DNA from: Geosiphon pyriformis uo1
Lineage: Eukaryota; Fungi; Glomeromycota
Length of the DNA: 64,000 nucleotides
Direction: 5' to 3'
Assembly (NCBI GenBank): GCA_016748015.1
Contig: JAAOMT010000602.1
Span: forward strand, 1,067,696 to 1,131,695
The translations under genes were made by a program, and so were the position numbers. The notes below the pieces were generated by a model. The model was not told where the DNA came from. It did no database searches and saw only the letters and a program-made list of their open reading frames with translations. Shown here one piece after another: positions 26,836 to 43,949 of this stretch (its first letter is position 1; every line of letters begins with the position of its first letter).

Positions 26836-29800
26836 ATGTTTACACTGATGGTTTGTTAAGTAATCTAGGTATAAAAGATGTGGCTTGTAAAGCAGCAGCT
26901 TATTTTTCCAAGATTGATGTGAGTATAAGTGTTAAGATATGAAATTTATTGTCTTTTATACTGACAGAATTGCAGGCAATAGCCTTGACTTTGGAGTATA
27001 TTCCTTTATCTTGTTCAGTTGTTTTGTACACAGATAGCCAAGCAGCTTTGAATGCAGTTTTGTTAGAATGTGGGCTGAATTGGCCTGATTTTCAGAATTA
27101 TTGTTGGATAGAACAGTATCATATTGTTAATTTGATTAGATTAAAAAACATTTTTGTAAGCTGAGTAAAAATAAAAGAATACTCAGATGTTGTTGACAAT
27201 GATCATGCAGACTTTTTAGTTTGCATTGCATTACATTTGAGTGTAGTCTTTCCAGTTGAAATAAGTGAAAGATTTCTTATGGCTGATGGTCTTATTGTCT
27301 TAGATAATACTCATCAATTTATCTGCAATGTATATTGTAATATATACTGAACTTTATAAGAAACTGGTCTTGATGTAAATGTCTTGGACAGCTTACTCAT
27401 TAAGCTTATAGATTAAGAGTGTACTGCCTCCATTTGGCATCCAGACTTTTACATATTGGCAGGGTTTACTAGTAAAAAATTGGCTGCTTTTTGCACATAT
27501 TTAATAAAAACCATACACAAAAAATTACCAGTAACTGTTCGCAAAAGAGTGTATAATAAGGATTATCCAAATGTTTTATGTTTAATGTGCAGTGATGTTG
27601 AATTTTCTGATCATGCTTTTACTTGCTTTGTAAATGCCTTGGTGTGTTTTGAGGTTGTTTTTGGTTGTGCTGATTTGTGAATATCTTTGGCAGGTGATTG
27701 CCTTCCTGTTTCATCTTCAGTATTATATACTCTTTCATAGGTATTGAATGTTAGCATATATGCTGTGTTGTGCAAAGACTTTGTGTTTAGAGATTGGGTT
27801 GAAAAGACTGTTTCTGTTTTTAAAGACAGAAAGAGAGCTGTGATAATTGTGGTAGATTTTGTTTATCATTTGACTGATGACTATCATAGTAGGTTGTGGT
27901 TGTTAAGATCCAAGTTTAGGGCTAATATAGAAAAAAGTGGTTTGGTTCATAACTCAAGTGAAATTTTTGCTTTGGTGTATGATTTGCTTAGACAGTTGTC
28001 TAAAGATATCATTAGATTGCTTGGTATTATTGAATTTTTTATAGTTAGCTTTGGTTTATAGAGACATTATTTGTTTTTTTTTGGCTTAAATAATAGTAAT
28101 GGGGTTTTTGTGAGTGTATAGTGCTACTTTGATGGGCCTAAATGGCTGGTCACATGTAGAAAGTATATGAGCTATGTTTAGTTTGATTCATTTTTCTTTG
28201 TCTTTATATATTAGATAATAGTTAGACTGTACTCGTTAATAATAATAATAATAAAAAAATTCTGTTTTTATTTAATTGGTTTAATTTTTAAGATTAACTA
28301 ATTTAATAAGTTGTTTTGCTTTAAGAATTAGTAATAATCTGTTAAAAAACATTATATTTGACAATATAACTAATAATTAATTTTGGTTTATCTTAGAAAA
28401 TATGTTATTATTATTATTATTTATATTAAAAAAAGAACTAATTACTGCTAAAAAAAATTTTTCCAAGATTTTATTTAAAATTACAAAAAAATTTAATATA
28501 ATAACAAAAAATATAAGTAATTATTGTTGTTTTTTAGATTTTTTGGTTTTTTTGGCTATTTATAAAATAGTAATAGTAATAATAATAATAATAAAAATTA
28601 GTTTGTTAAATAGTTTATTATTAAAAATTTTAAGACTTTTAAAAATATAAAAACAATACTACAATTGATTTGAATGTACTTTTTGAAAAAAAATTATTTG
28701 TAAAAAACTGTTAATTAAAGATAAAAAAAATGCTTTAAAAGTTATTAAAAATAGCTTTTTATTATTAATATTTAAAAAAAACATGATCAAAATATTTTGC
28801 TTAATTGTTTTAATAACAAAAAAACTTTTTTTTATTTAAAAATTTATTAATTATTATAAAAAAACAACATTTAAAACTTTTTTACTTTTTGCTTTAATTA
28901 TAGTCATAAAATTAAAAAAGAAAAAAAGTTTTTATAATTAAATTTGTTTTATTTTTTATATTAAATTTAATTAATATTTTAAAAACCAAGTTAAATATTA
29001 TTATTATTATTAAAATTAGTATGTTAAAAAAAAGTATATTTAATAATAAATTTTTAAATATTAATATTGTATTAAAATTTATATTATTTGGTTTTAATTA
29101 TAAAATATTTTTACTTTTTTATTTAAGTTTTTATTTAGGTTTGTAATTATTTTTTTTAATTAAACACAAAAACTTTTAATATTATTTTTTTTAATTAAAA
29201 TTAATAAAAAATTGTAATAACAATATAAAATTTAAAATAAACAATAATATATTGTTAAATATTAATAAATTTTAATTTAATAATAAAAAATTTATTAAAA
29301 ATATTAAAAGTATTTTTAATATTATTAATTAAATTATTTTTAAAAATATTTTATAAAGTAATAATAACCAAAAAATATAAACTTAAAAACAATTAAAAAC
29401 TTAATAATTTTAAAATAGATAAAAAAGTAATTTAACACATTTAATTTATATAATAATATTTAAGAAAATTTAAAATACAAATTTTAGATAAAAAACTTAA
29501 ATTATTTTTAATAGATAATTTTAAACCAAAAAAATCATAATATAATTTTAACATAATTTATTTTAATTTTTAAAAAACAGAAAAAGAAAAAATAGTTTAA
29601 TTTTTATTTAATTAACTTAATTTATAAAATTAAATAACTTAATAAATTGATTATTTAAAATTATACATAAAAACATAAGTTGTTTGATTTTTAAATCCAA
29701 TAAAAATTGGTTAAAATTTAATATATTATATAATATGACCAAAAATTCATTCAAATTAAAATAGATTAATATTTTTTTATTGTTATTATTTAAAATTAAT

Positions 29801-32800
29801 AATTAATTATCATTTATAACCATAATAAAATTAAATACAATAATAATTATTAATATTACAAAACTGGCAAAAAATCGAAAAAAAACAAAAAAACCAAAGT
29901 TTTATTTTTATAAAAAAAGAAACCAATTTTAAAACATTAAAATTAACATTAAAAATACCAAAAATTGATATTTTTAACACTTTAAAAAAATTGTTATTAA
30001 ATATAACAAAGATTTAAAAAAGTTGTTTTTTAGTTAATTTAAATTTTTTAATTATTTGAACAATAATAAGAAAAAAACAAAAAAAACAACTTAATAACTG
30101 GCTTTTTATTAAAAACTTTGGAGTTTTAAAAAAAACCAAAAATTATATTAAAACTATTTCAGATGAATTTTTTTAAAAAAACTTTAAAAGAGAAAAAATT
30201 TTCAATTAAAGATAAAAATAATGGTTTAAAAACAATAAAAAACTGGTTATTATTATTTTATTTAAAAAAAGTTTTTTATAGAATATTATTGAATATTTTT
30301 AAAAACTATAAGTGTTTTATGATAAAAATACTATAAGCTGGTTTAAAAAACAACTTTTTTACTCTTTGCTTTAAGTACAATTATAAAATACAAAAAAAAA
30401 GTTTTTATATTGTATTAAAATTTAAATTATTAAGTTTTCAATATATATATATATATATATATAATTTAATTCTAAATTAACAATTATAGAATAAAATTTT
30501 TTATACATATAATATATATTTTATATTTGCAAAATAGTTAAATTAAATAAATTTAAAAACAAATTTTAATTATTTTAATTCTTAACCAAATTTAAATGTT
30601 AAATAAATTTCAAAAAAACATTTTAAACCTAAAATCACAATTAAAATAATAATAAAAATAAAATAATAAAATATATTAAATTAACAATAGTTTTTATATT
30701 TTATTTTGTAAAACAACAATTTATTTATTTATTAATTATCCAAAATCAAACAAATTAAACATAAAATTTTTATATAATTACATGCAACATATGTGTAAAG
30801 TATAGATAAAATACTAATCTTTTGCCAAAAGATTTTTTAAATTATATATTATTTTTGGTAGCATTATTCGAAAAAAAACAAGTGAAACAAACAAAAAATT
30901 TAAGTTTTGTTTGCTTACCAAAAGTACATGATACTTTTCGCGACCATTTAAATAACATAATGGCTATGTCGATCATCATTGGGCTATCCAAAATTAATAC
31001 TTTGTCACAGATAACATGATTAAAGATAGAGCGTACAACAAAATTATATAAATTACAACAAAATGTATAAATTTTATTGTAATAAGTATTGAACAATAAT
31101 TTTTTTTTAAGAAAAAACAAATTCCAAGTTTAAACAATAATGGGTTTTATTTGGCTACTAAAGATTTTATATAGTAAAACATTTTATTTTTCTTTCACTA
31201 ACAAATATGGTTAAAATATTATCTCAAGGACCAAAAAAACACAATATTATCAAATAAAATCATTTTCCAGTTCTTTCTCATTTTCAATAATAAATAAATA
31301 AGGAAATTCTCACATTCATGTTGGAAATTTAAAAAAGAAAAAAAAAATATATATATATATATATAAATTTCACGAAAGAACAGATGAAATAGATAAAAAG
31401 CTATATAAGCTTTGTTATTTAATATCTATCACACATGCATAATATTTAGAGTTAAAATGGAATTTAAAAAAATGGACAATAGCTTAATTCGAATAAGGTC
31501 ATATTTTTGTAGTTTACCAATCTCCGAAAAGTTTATAAACTTTGCGGCTCAAAAAGCTTTATAATGCATTTAACCGTTATAGAAATACTACACGTGTAAT
31601 GAAAAATATTATCTTACGACAACATTATCCTATTTACTTTTGATTAACCGGATATTGGCAAGAATTGGGTAAATCACGCTCGTGTAAATAATTTGTAAAT
31701 ATACACATTGCAGATTGATCGTTCATCAAACTTCTAATTAAGATCATTTGTAGTACGGTTGAATGAACAGGGGTACGAAAATTTCGGCGTGTGTGTTTTT
31801 TTCTCTGAGAAGTGAATTCAGTATCCAACAAATGGTCGTGAAATTTAAAAATGTGCAATATATCTATCGATAATTCTTTTTATCATTCTCTCACTTAACA
31901 ATTTTCTTCGCAGGGTATCCTGAAAAACCATAATATTTTGATATTTTGACGAAAATATGAGTGAAATATGATTTTTTAGGGAGTGAAATTAAGATTCATG
32001 TTTTTCCATATACCCTAAAAACACATTGAACATTCCCGAATTTTTTTTTTTTTTACAAGCCTTTCATGTGGCTTTGCGTCGCCCAAAATTGAGTGGCAAG
32101 AGAAAGATACCAACAAAGGTATAATTTCTTCTCTTATCGGTATTAGGTTACTGTAAAAAGGTAAAATATGGATTGAAAAATGCAAAACAGAACTGCATTG
32201 CATGCTTGGCTTTATTAAATTAGTAATATGACAGACTGGAAAAACCAGGGCTATTTCGTTTTTTGTAATTGCACATCTGTGAATTGCTTCTTCATTTGGT
32301 AACATGACAGACAAAAAAAATGCAGGGCTATCGTTTTCGGCAGTTACCACCTGCTTTTTGCTTGATTCTTACTACGTTAATTACCTCAATTTCTCGAGTT
32401 TTTTTTGCTACAGTAATCTTTCAAGTTTTTAATATTTGAAACGTTATCAATGAAATAGACAATAATATGCAGGCTGGCTGGTAAATAATAATATTTTTCT
32501 CACAGCTTTAGCTTGGTATATCATTCTCTTATAAAGTACATAGAGAACGCGACTATTGGAAAAATTTTACGCTCCTGTTCCGCGCGTCTTCTTCTCCTTG
32601 ACTGTCCTTCAACTTTTTTTTTTACGTGTCACTGATAAAACAAGCAGCCACCTATTCGAGCTCATCACATTTTCGCCCTCATTGTCTTCGTCTCGTAAAT
32701 AAAAATTAAAGAATCAAGAATATAAAAAAATTTAGTCAAACTGGGCATCAAATAAATAAACATTTATTTTTTCAGTGTTGCCAAAATTGCCAATTCTCAG

Positions 32801-33318
32801 TACCTAATATTGGCAAAAGGCGCGTGGTATCAACTCAATTTGTTTAATCGATTGGTATTCACAGAATTTGAGAAGCCCAAGTAATCATCAAAATTAATTT
32901 ATGCGACGAAAATAACGAAAACAAACTTATATCCGTCTTTTCTTCTTTGTTCTCTATCTTTTCTAACGTACTCAAACTCCACTTCTTCTTAAACAAAAAT
33001 TTAACGAACCGAATTAACCTATCACATATAATCCATTCCTTCTTACCTTCACGTAGTCAGTTTCCCTGAATTCTCATAAAACTTCCTCTTTCAAATCTTC
33101 ATAAATTTCGGCAGTGATAGCAAAGTTGAAGATTCATAGTTTCTTCAATTATTATTACTGCCGTATTTTATAGTCTTCTCTCTCTTTTTTTTGGGGACCG
33201 AATGACAATTTGCTAGCCTCTATTCAGGAAGAAGAGACGTATTTAAGAGAGAAAAAATTAAAAAAAGAAGTCAAAAATATCAATAACGGAAGCGTCAAAG
33301 ATATTCAAACAAAAAAAA

Positions 33319-35706
33319 ATGCAAGATACTCGGCCTAATAGTTATTCAGCTCAGCACGATCTCGAGCGTCTGTTTGATGAGTTGAAAGGTGCGCTGCTTC
33401 GACACCAGCCCACTGTTCCTTTGGACTTTCTCATCAGCTGCCTTAATGAAGTTCAGCAGAAGAGGGAGTTGAAGGAACCGTTTCAATATTCAGTAAGTAA
33501 CTTATCCCCTTTTCTTATAATGTTTTATCACCTTACCTATTCTGTTGGCAGCTCTCACCGTTCGTTCTCTAGTGCACAGCATACTACTTGCTGCTTCTGC
33601 CCAAAAGTTTTTTTTCACTCCTATCCTTTCTTAATTCTGATAGGCAGCATATTAGCATTATCGGTGAATTTTTTGGAAAAGTTTCCAAGTCACTTTTTCC
33701 ATAACCTACTATACGTCATTAGTAAACTTTGATTCCCAGCACCTTTAATACCAGTCTCACGTTGTGGTACCCAAAATAAACAAAACAAAAATACCTTGCC
33801 TATCAATTGTTTATCATAAAATGAAATATCTGTTTCTCTATTTCCCACTTTCTCAGACGCAATTTCCTTCTTTCTAACGCCTTCGATTCACAATCACCTA
33901 TAAATCTCCCGACACTACTCTAGGTCATATTCAATGAATATGCGACGCGTTCCTTGGATTATAATGCTCAATGCAATAATTCACTCAAACCCGGATCAGC
34001 AAGTAAGTTTGACTCGCTTTCTGAAGTTATCTATATTTCCCTCGACACAATCTGGTCAAAAGAATCTTCATTGATTTCTGATCTTATAATTCGTGGGCTT
34101 AAAGGCGGGTCAAGTAGAAAACGACCTAGGTCCCAAGATGACCCGTAAGTTCTTGAAAGTTCCTATTACTCATGCCGAATTTCGAACAATATTCGATTAA
34201 ATCTATTATTCATATGCTAAATAAATGATTTGTCTATTTATAGGATAAATAATAGAACTCCTCCATACACAGAACCGTCAACATCCTTGTCACCACCATC
34301 CAACGAGGAAACCCAGAGTTCAAGGCATCTCTCCTTTGCCAACTCTCCTTCCGCTCCTCGTCAAAACCTTTCACCACGATTTTTTAATAATCAACCTCCG
34401 CCTTTTAGAAGAGGGCGCCGTAACTCTGTTAGCGCTGAATCAATAAAACCCTCTGAGCACTGTAATAATGTCAGGTTTTTCCCAAAGGATGCCCTTGCGA
34501 AACGACAAATAGAAGAAGCTACCCAGAATAACTTACTTTTCCGTAATCTTGATAAGGAGATTAAGACTCAAATCGTAAGTAGCAATTAATTTTATAGTAT
34601 ATATGTCGAACAATATTCTCAATTCTTTTTATTTTTCTACAAGATGGAAGCAATGTTCGAAAAACCTGTGAAAAAAGGTGAAGTTGTTATTCGGCAGGGT
34701 GATGAAGGTGATAATTTCTACGTTGTCAATCATGGCATGTTTGAAATCTTGGTTGATGATCGTAAAGTTGTCACCGTTGCTGATGGAGGAAGCTTTGGAG
34801 AACTCGCGCTCATGTACAATGTAAATGTGGCGAAATCTAAATGGGTCTTTGATTTTCAATTTGCTTACCCTCATAATCATATTCTATCTTGTATAGAACC
34901 CGCGAGCTGCTACTGTCCGAGCTACTACCGATGGAACTCTTTGGGCTGTGGATAGACAAACTTTTCTTAGTACCATCACCACCCATATGTATCGTAAAAG
35001 AAAAACCTACGAAGATTTCCTCAAATCCATTGACATTTTTAAATGCCTCCAATCTACTGAAATCACAAAATTGGCCGACGCATTAGAACCAATTGATTAT
35101 CAAAGTGGTGAAACTATAATCACTCAGGGTGACCCCGGAGAATATTTTTACATCATCGAAAAAGGTTGTGTTGATGTATGGAAAAACCTTGGGAATGGTA
35201 CCACCCATCGTTTGCCTGGTCTTTCAGCCGGTCGATACTTTGGCGGTGAGTTTTAACCTAGCGTTTTCACGAATCGCAAAATTCATTTTGACCATATCAC
35301 AATTTCATTCTAAATTTTTATTCCTAAATTTTTAGAACTCGCTCTTATTAGAACCACCGTTGTCGCCAATGGACCTGTTAGTTTAGTTGCTCTTAGACGT
35401 GACTCTTTCGATCGTCTTTTAGGATCTATCGGAAAAGTGATGGATAATATTCGTCGCAATGCACAAATGTATGATGTGGTTGGCATTGATTCTCAATCTG
35501 CTCTACAACCACCTTCACCGGCCTCTCCTGTGCCCGAACGTTCAGGCGTTTACCCAACAGGAAACAACTCCGCTTCAATTCGAAACAACAGTATTGATAG
35601 TATGGTTATCGATGATCCACCCATTAACAATAATACAAACCGTAATAACATGACTACTCCCAGAAGAAGTGGATATAGCGGGGCTGGTGGTGTTAATGTG
35701 TTGTAA
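33319..35706 (+). CDS. pkaR: cAMP-dependent protein kinase regulatory subunit (PKA-R), 7 exons
   Basis: Frame-consistent GT-AG model: 33319-33492, 33924-34002, 34105-34144, 34244-34574, 34644-34820, 34897-35245, 35336-35706. Contains an N-terminal dimerisation/docking-like helix pair, the inhibitor site [13 protein letters not shown] with [15 protein letters not shown], and CNB-B ([16 protein letters not shown]). The small exons 2-3 are less certain. Confidence 0.93.
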
Positions 35707-38700
35707 TTCGTCACACGTACATGAACCGATTATTCCTTATTTTCGGAATTTATTTGTGAGAGAGAAAGATTTTTAACGAACATTTCCTATATGCGATAGT
35801 AAAACAATGCTGTATCACTCAAAGTGATCCAACTGATTTTGGACCCACCCTTTTCTACTTCGATTTTTTATGATTTCTTTCACATACGCCTATTCCCAAC
35901 ACGTTATTCTTTTATATCGATCAAAACATCGCAATGATACATGCTTTTCATACGATTTCATTTATACAAGTCATCACAAATTTATGCTTTTCGAACCCCT
36001 TTTTCATATACTTTTCGCGTTTACGGCATTCGTCGCTCAGTGGCAGCATATTTCTTAAACCGTCTGGTCACACAAACATTGGAAATTTTTTATGAACATC
36101 TAGTCGAAAATTTTTATATTTCATATATAGGCCCAGAAAATTTTGTTACTATATATTCTCTCGAAAGACACCATGCCACCATCCAAACCTAAGATTTTAT
36201 TTAAGTAGATCCTCAAAGAGAATCTTTTTTATTTTTCGAAGACGTATCCCCTTGGGAATTTTCATAAATTTATTTGAATAACTATATGATTTTTAGTTCG
36301 AGAATAAAAAGTTACAATTAGTTAAGGCTTCTAAGATACCCAATTTAAGCAAGATTATCGTTTCTCGTGATTTTACCATATTTCTTGTGACTTTGGCTTT
36401 TATGGGATTGGCGCTTGTGGGTATCCATCGAAAGGTCGCATATTCATCATTCGATGAGTGTGAGATTGGATGAATTTCTAAGGGTTGGTTAATGCGAGGT
36501 TCCAATCCTCTGGTCATGTATAGATATTGGATGCCATCAAGCGTGTTCATTTCGTGAATTACACAAAATTTCTAGTTGATTTCGGGTGTCGCAGGAAATA
36601 AAATGTCAAATAATGATTATGGGTGCATTATAGGCGAAAAGTCGAAATCCCGGTAAATGACTCAGTCTGAACCCTTGTTAAGAGTTCATCTTGGCTCTTG
36701 ATCTGCATCAATTGATATTTTATCAATAGGGTTCAAAACTTTTATTTTATCATACCAGATTTTTGAGACTTAAGAATTTAGTTAAAGATCATCGCGGTTT
36801 GATCCTCAACAACTTTTATATTTCGCTTTCAAGGAGTATGTGTGCTGTGGCATCAAGGAAATAAAGAATGCGCAGCACTTGTTTCGATTTTAAGGAGCGT
36901 TGATCAAGTTGGCATTTGTGATAGTAAATTCATATTTTTTAGAAAGTTTAGACATTCTGAACAGGTAAGCAATATCATGGCCATTTTATATATCACATCT
37001 TATATCTCTTGGCGCGGTAAAGATGTCCCTCATAATACATTATGGTTTGATAGTCACCAAGCAGTGAAAGGTAAAATGAAATCATTCCCTGATTCATTCA
37101 CTTCATCACCACCTGTTAAACCGCGCAACTACGCGCGCCCTACTCTTTATAAATTATAATCAGTGAGACGTCCTCAACATCATTGGGGGGGGGGGACAAT
37201 TTTTCATGAATTTCGTTTCTCATGATTCAAATTTTGGCGATTCATATTAAAACAATAACTAAAGACGATTCCGGTTTAAAACTCCCGAATTTACACTTGA
37301 ATCAATGTATATTTGTTTGTGTCTTACTTGCAAAGCATATGCTTACTTTTTTCATCTGCGTTTACAAAATTTTCAATCAAATGATAATTACTTTTTTAGA
37401 AGCATCGCATCAAAAAATACAGATGCGTTTTTGATTATGTTCACCAACAGATTAGCTTGGTTTGGTATACACAAACAAAAACCTTTTTCCTTTGATATTT
37501 CACAAACTCGGCTTTCCTCCGTATGGCTTAAGGCTTGGTAATCCGACGTAGGCAATATATTCGATTTCTAGTTTTACAATTTTATAGTTATCCCATGTAT
37601 GAAGGTAATTTGATTTTAGCTAGCCTGGCACCAAAGACAATGGACAGTCTCCTTATTTACGCTCTTCCCGCTTTTTTTGCATCTTTTGTCACTGGTTTTC
37701 TCGGGAATTGGTATTTTCATCTAATATCAATGGGAATTTTTATTTGCAAGTTGACACAAAAACATGTGCATGTTTGCCTAATTTGTAAAGTTCAATTGAC
37801 GCATCATTGTTTGGCGTGAGAGGAATAATTAATTGGACGCGTGGGGGCCGATTAGCATTGAATCTTGGTTTTCCCGCTAGATTATTAAATACAAACAAAA
37901 GTTTATGAGCACAATGGTGGAAGTATTCTCCCAATAAATTTTATAAAGGTTGTTTTCCTCTTTAATTCCTTTTGTTGAAAACGTAAAACGATAAATCGAT
38001 GATCATCATAATTATTATCTGTACTGTTGTACACAAGTTAGCTGTTAAAAAGAATCGTAATTTCAGATATATGAAAAGATCTTTCAAAATTTGAATATTT
38101 GATCTTGCAAATCATCCCAAAAGAATCTTTAAGATAAGCAGCCCATTTATTTGACCTGAATCGCAAAAAACGGGTTGGGGTTTTTTCGCCTCGCAACTTG
38201 TTTGATCAGAAAAATAGTTAATCTATTATAAGCTTAACATCCTTCGCCGAGTTTTTACGAAGCACAAAGATGGTAGATCTCAAGTCATCATAAGATGATT
38301 AGATCTTAATCTTATAGATAAAATACCAATGTGAACTTTTATCTGTAGAATTCTTTGAATTGAGCATTTGGCTCTCTTCAAGAAACGAATTTATCGCAAT
38401 TCTCATTTATCTCAAAGTCACCGCTCTCTGATTGCATGTACTGCTACATGACCATTCTACAGAAATCGTTTACGTGGATTTCTTAGTCACTTAAACAGAG
38501 CCATATAATAGCACCCCTAGTTAAAAGGAAAAACCTCTTTGGTACTTATCCAAGTTAAATGGATTATAGTACAAGCAGCTGTTAATTTGATAATTGAATA
38601 GATAAGGTTTTAAAATAATGGTTTTAAAGACAAGCTTTTTGGTTGATTGATTTTTGCTCTAGTAAGCATTATTACACTTGTCATTTTAGCATGCCAAAAG

Positions 38701-38906
38701 CCAGAGGTGTCAACTCAAGCCTAAAACTTTTTCCTTGGATGATAAAAATAGTTTTGCATGACACACATTAAAATCTTACCAGCGGAAAATTTAGATGATT
38801 TATAATAAAAACAGTATGAATTAAAATTAAAGCTAATTCAAAGTCTATTTTACAAAAGGTATTATAAAGTCTATAAAAATTTAAGATTTCCTAATTTTGG
38901 GTAAAG

Positions 38907-41535
<2,629 letters not shown>

Positions 41536-42206
41536 CAATTAGATATATTCCTGTTTTAATACTATTTATTAAAGCCCGTCCAAGCCCTCTGATAAATAAA
41601 ATGACCGAAAAAGCCTATAAGCCTGACAAATAATGATAAAAGTGTGGTGACGAAATTGGCTTACACCTTGTGAAAAAAGTGGGCGCGAAAAGCCTCAGAG
41701 GAAAACTGCCTTATAATACGTATTTTATTATGATGAATGTATGATGAGTGTTTTTATAGTAGTTAGCCTGTACCAAAAATGTGGATATTTACGCAGATCT
41801 GACAAACAATTCTAATAGCAACATCCCTGAATATGGCCAACTATTCATGTCCCAAAAAAAATCCGGCTTATCCCAAAAGTCGGATTTTCATGTATACCAG
41901 TTCATCAATGCAAGAAAACCTGGGTGATGCAGGAAATCCGAACAAGCTTTTAATTTATAGTGTTCTGTGTAAGGATGATCTCTCAACAAAGAAGTTCCTT
42001 ACTTCTTCTGCAAATCCAAGTAAATCAAATTTCTAGAAACAGTTCAACCAAAGATCTCCTTTGTTTTATGCCGTCTAAAAATAACTATAATTGAAAAGAT
42101 TGGTTATTCAGTTGATAACCGTTGAATTAGATCAATCATGATCCTTACACATATTTTGTATAAGTTTCCTCAAAAAAGATCTAACTTTCATGAATAACTT
42201 AATATA

Positions 42207-43046
42207 CTATTTCTCAGGCCAGCCCTTCTCCCCATTCTCGCCATCTTCCAAGGCATCCTGCTGACTGACGACGCGCAACACAGATTTTTTGCTCGATTCT
42301 TGCATTTCTCCCGCAATAATCAATTCATCGAGAACAAAATATGCCTGTCGAAAAATCAGCATGACATTCAAAGTTGGGTAAAATTATTGTGCATAAACTT
42401 TATATTAAAGACTCCCACCTTTTGAAAATTAAAAATGAGATCCAATTCACAAACCTATAAATTGATGGAAGTAACATAAATTCGAATCTTCATATAATAG
42501 GTTATTTTTCCTCAAGAATTTTAATGTACATTGCCAAAATATCGATCCAATATTTCAACATATCGGTGGATAATTTCCAAGGTTATAAGCTCATTATCAT
42601 TTGAAGAAATACCCGTGACGAAGAAAAGGCTTGCATATCTGTGAAAAGTGCCTCAAGTGATCAATATGATGTTTTACTGCTGAAAGGTTTTCGCTCTTTG
42701 AAAAAAAAAGAAACTCATACCTTCGATAAACTATTTTTTCATCTTGAAATATACTTGATTATTTTGCTGGTAAAGAAGATTCATGGGGTCTCTTTCTATA
42801 ACCTACCTTTATACTCTAGGAAATTGCACATTTTTGTTCTCCGTGACAAAACCATTTGGGTGACCTCTTTAATGATTTTCTGTTTTTCTTTTGGTGACAG
42901 AGTATTAAACCATTTCGCTAAACGTACTTTGCCCTGACGGCTTACAAGCAAGACGTATTTTATCTATTTAGAATCCGTTGATAAAAGTATAGAGTAAATA
43001 TTCTTGAATTCTTATTTGACCACCGTAAGAGTAAACTTACGCCCAT
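42207..43046 (-). CDS. APS1: AP-1 adaptor complex sigma subunit, multi-exon (missed by the ORF track)
   Basis: ATGGGC|gtaagt micro first exon, then [19 protein letters not shown]...[74 protein letters not shown], with stop TAG at 42207-42209. Confidence 0.95.
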
Positions 43047-43949
43047 TTGTTTTTTTTTTCGAGAAGGGAAGTCCAATATTTCAAAATTCAGATAATCTTG
43101 AGGTGGAGGTTAATTTCAAATTCTATGTGCTTAGCCCGATATAGATAACCCTCACGGTGATCCAAAGTGGAAATTTGAGTTAAAGCCTTTTAATAATAAT
43201 AATAGAAATTAATCAAAAAAAAATTTATTTTTTATTTTTTATGTTCACAACTAATTATTCTTTTTGCTATTATAATCAAAAAAGTCTTCTTAGTAGTAAA
43301 ACACTCAAACAAAAACATTATAAACAACATTTTTTCTAAATAATACAAATTAAACCAATTTTTTTAAGTTTTTTTTAAAAACACATTAATAATATTATTA
43401 TTATTCTAAAACTTTTAAAAATAGGTTTGTATTAAAGCTTAACAATTATTATTATTACTATTTTTTAAATAACCAAAAAACAATTATTAATATTAATAAT
43501 TAAAATAATAACAAAGCTTTTTTAATATTTTTCAAACTATTATCTTTGTTTTTAAACAATTTTTTCTTTTTTAAAATTATGATTTTTTGTTTATTTTTGA
43601 TTTTTTTACCAGTAATTTTAACAATAATAATGTTTTTTTAATTTAAATAACAATAATAATAACAAATAATATATTATTAAAATAAAAACAATGTATTTTT
43701 TTAATATTATAATAATTATTACTGTTTTTTAATAATTAAAAATTTGTTAAGTAATTAATTTTTGTTTGATATTTAATAAAATTTTTGAAAATTAAAATAA
43801 ATTTGTATATTAATTTATTATCTAATTTTGTTAAATTTAAATTTTTAATAATTTGTTTTTAAGCTGTTTTAATATTTTGTTATAATATTAAAATAATAAT
43901 TTTTTATGTAAAAATTACAATATTTATTATAATAATAATAATAATTAAA

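Larger units (their letters stand above)
13801..28257 (+). mobile_element. 5'-truncated LINE (RT, RNase H, Cys domain, (AAT)n/A tail) carrying two nested LTR insertions
   Basis: RT remnants (FVDDTI near 14320) and RNase H remnants (VYTDG at ~26837, ELQAIAL, YTDSQAAL). 11-bp TSD AATTCTGTTTT at 13790-13800 and 28258-28268. Removing both inserts restores EFMDVCSSLHEIWVGEINVYTDG. Confidence 0.92.

Noticed and set aside
33493-33732. Hydrophobic C-terminal part of ORF 33319-33732
   Set aside because: Read-through into intron 1 of the PKA-R gene (GTAAGT donor at 33493).
35870-37934. Cluster of 60-105 aa ORFs
   Set aside because: No recognisable motifs or consistent exon chain; many start at non-ATG codons.
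41833-42060. Coding-looking stretch between LSB6 and APS1
   Set aside because: Short, interrupted by stops on the minus strand and with no family I can recognise.
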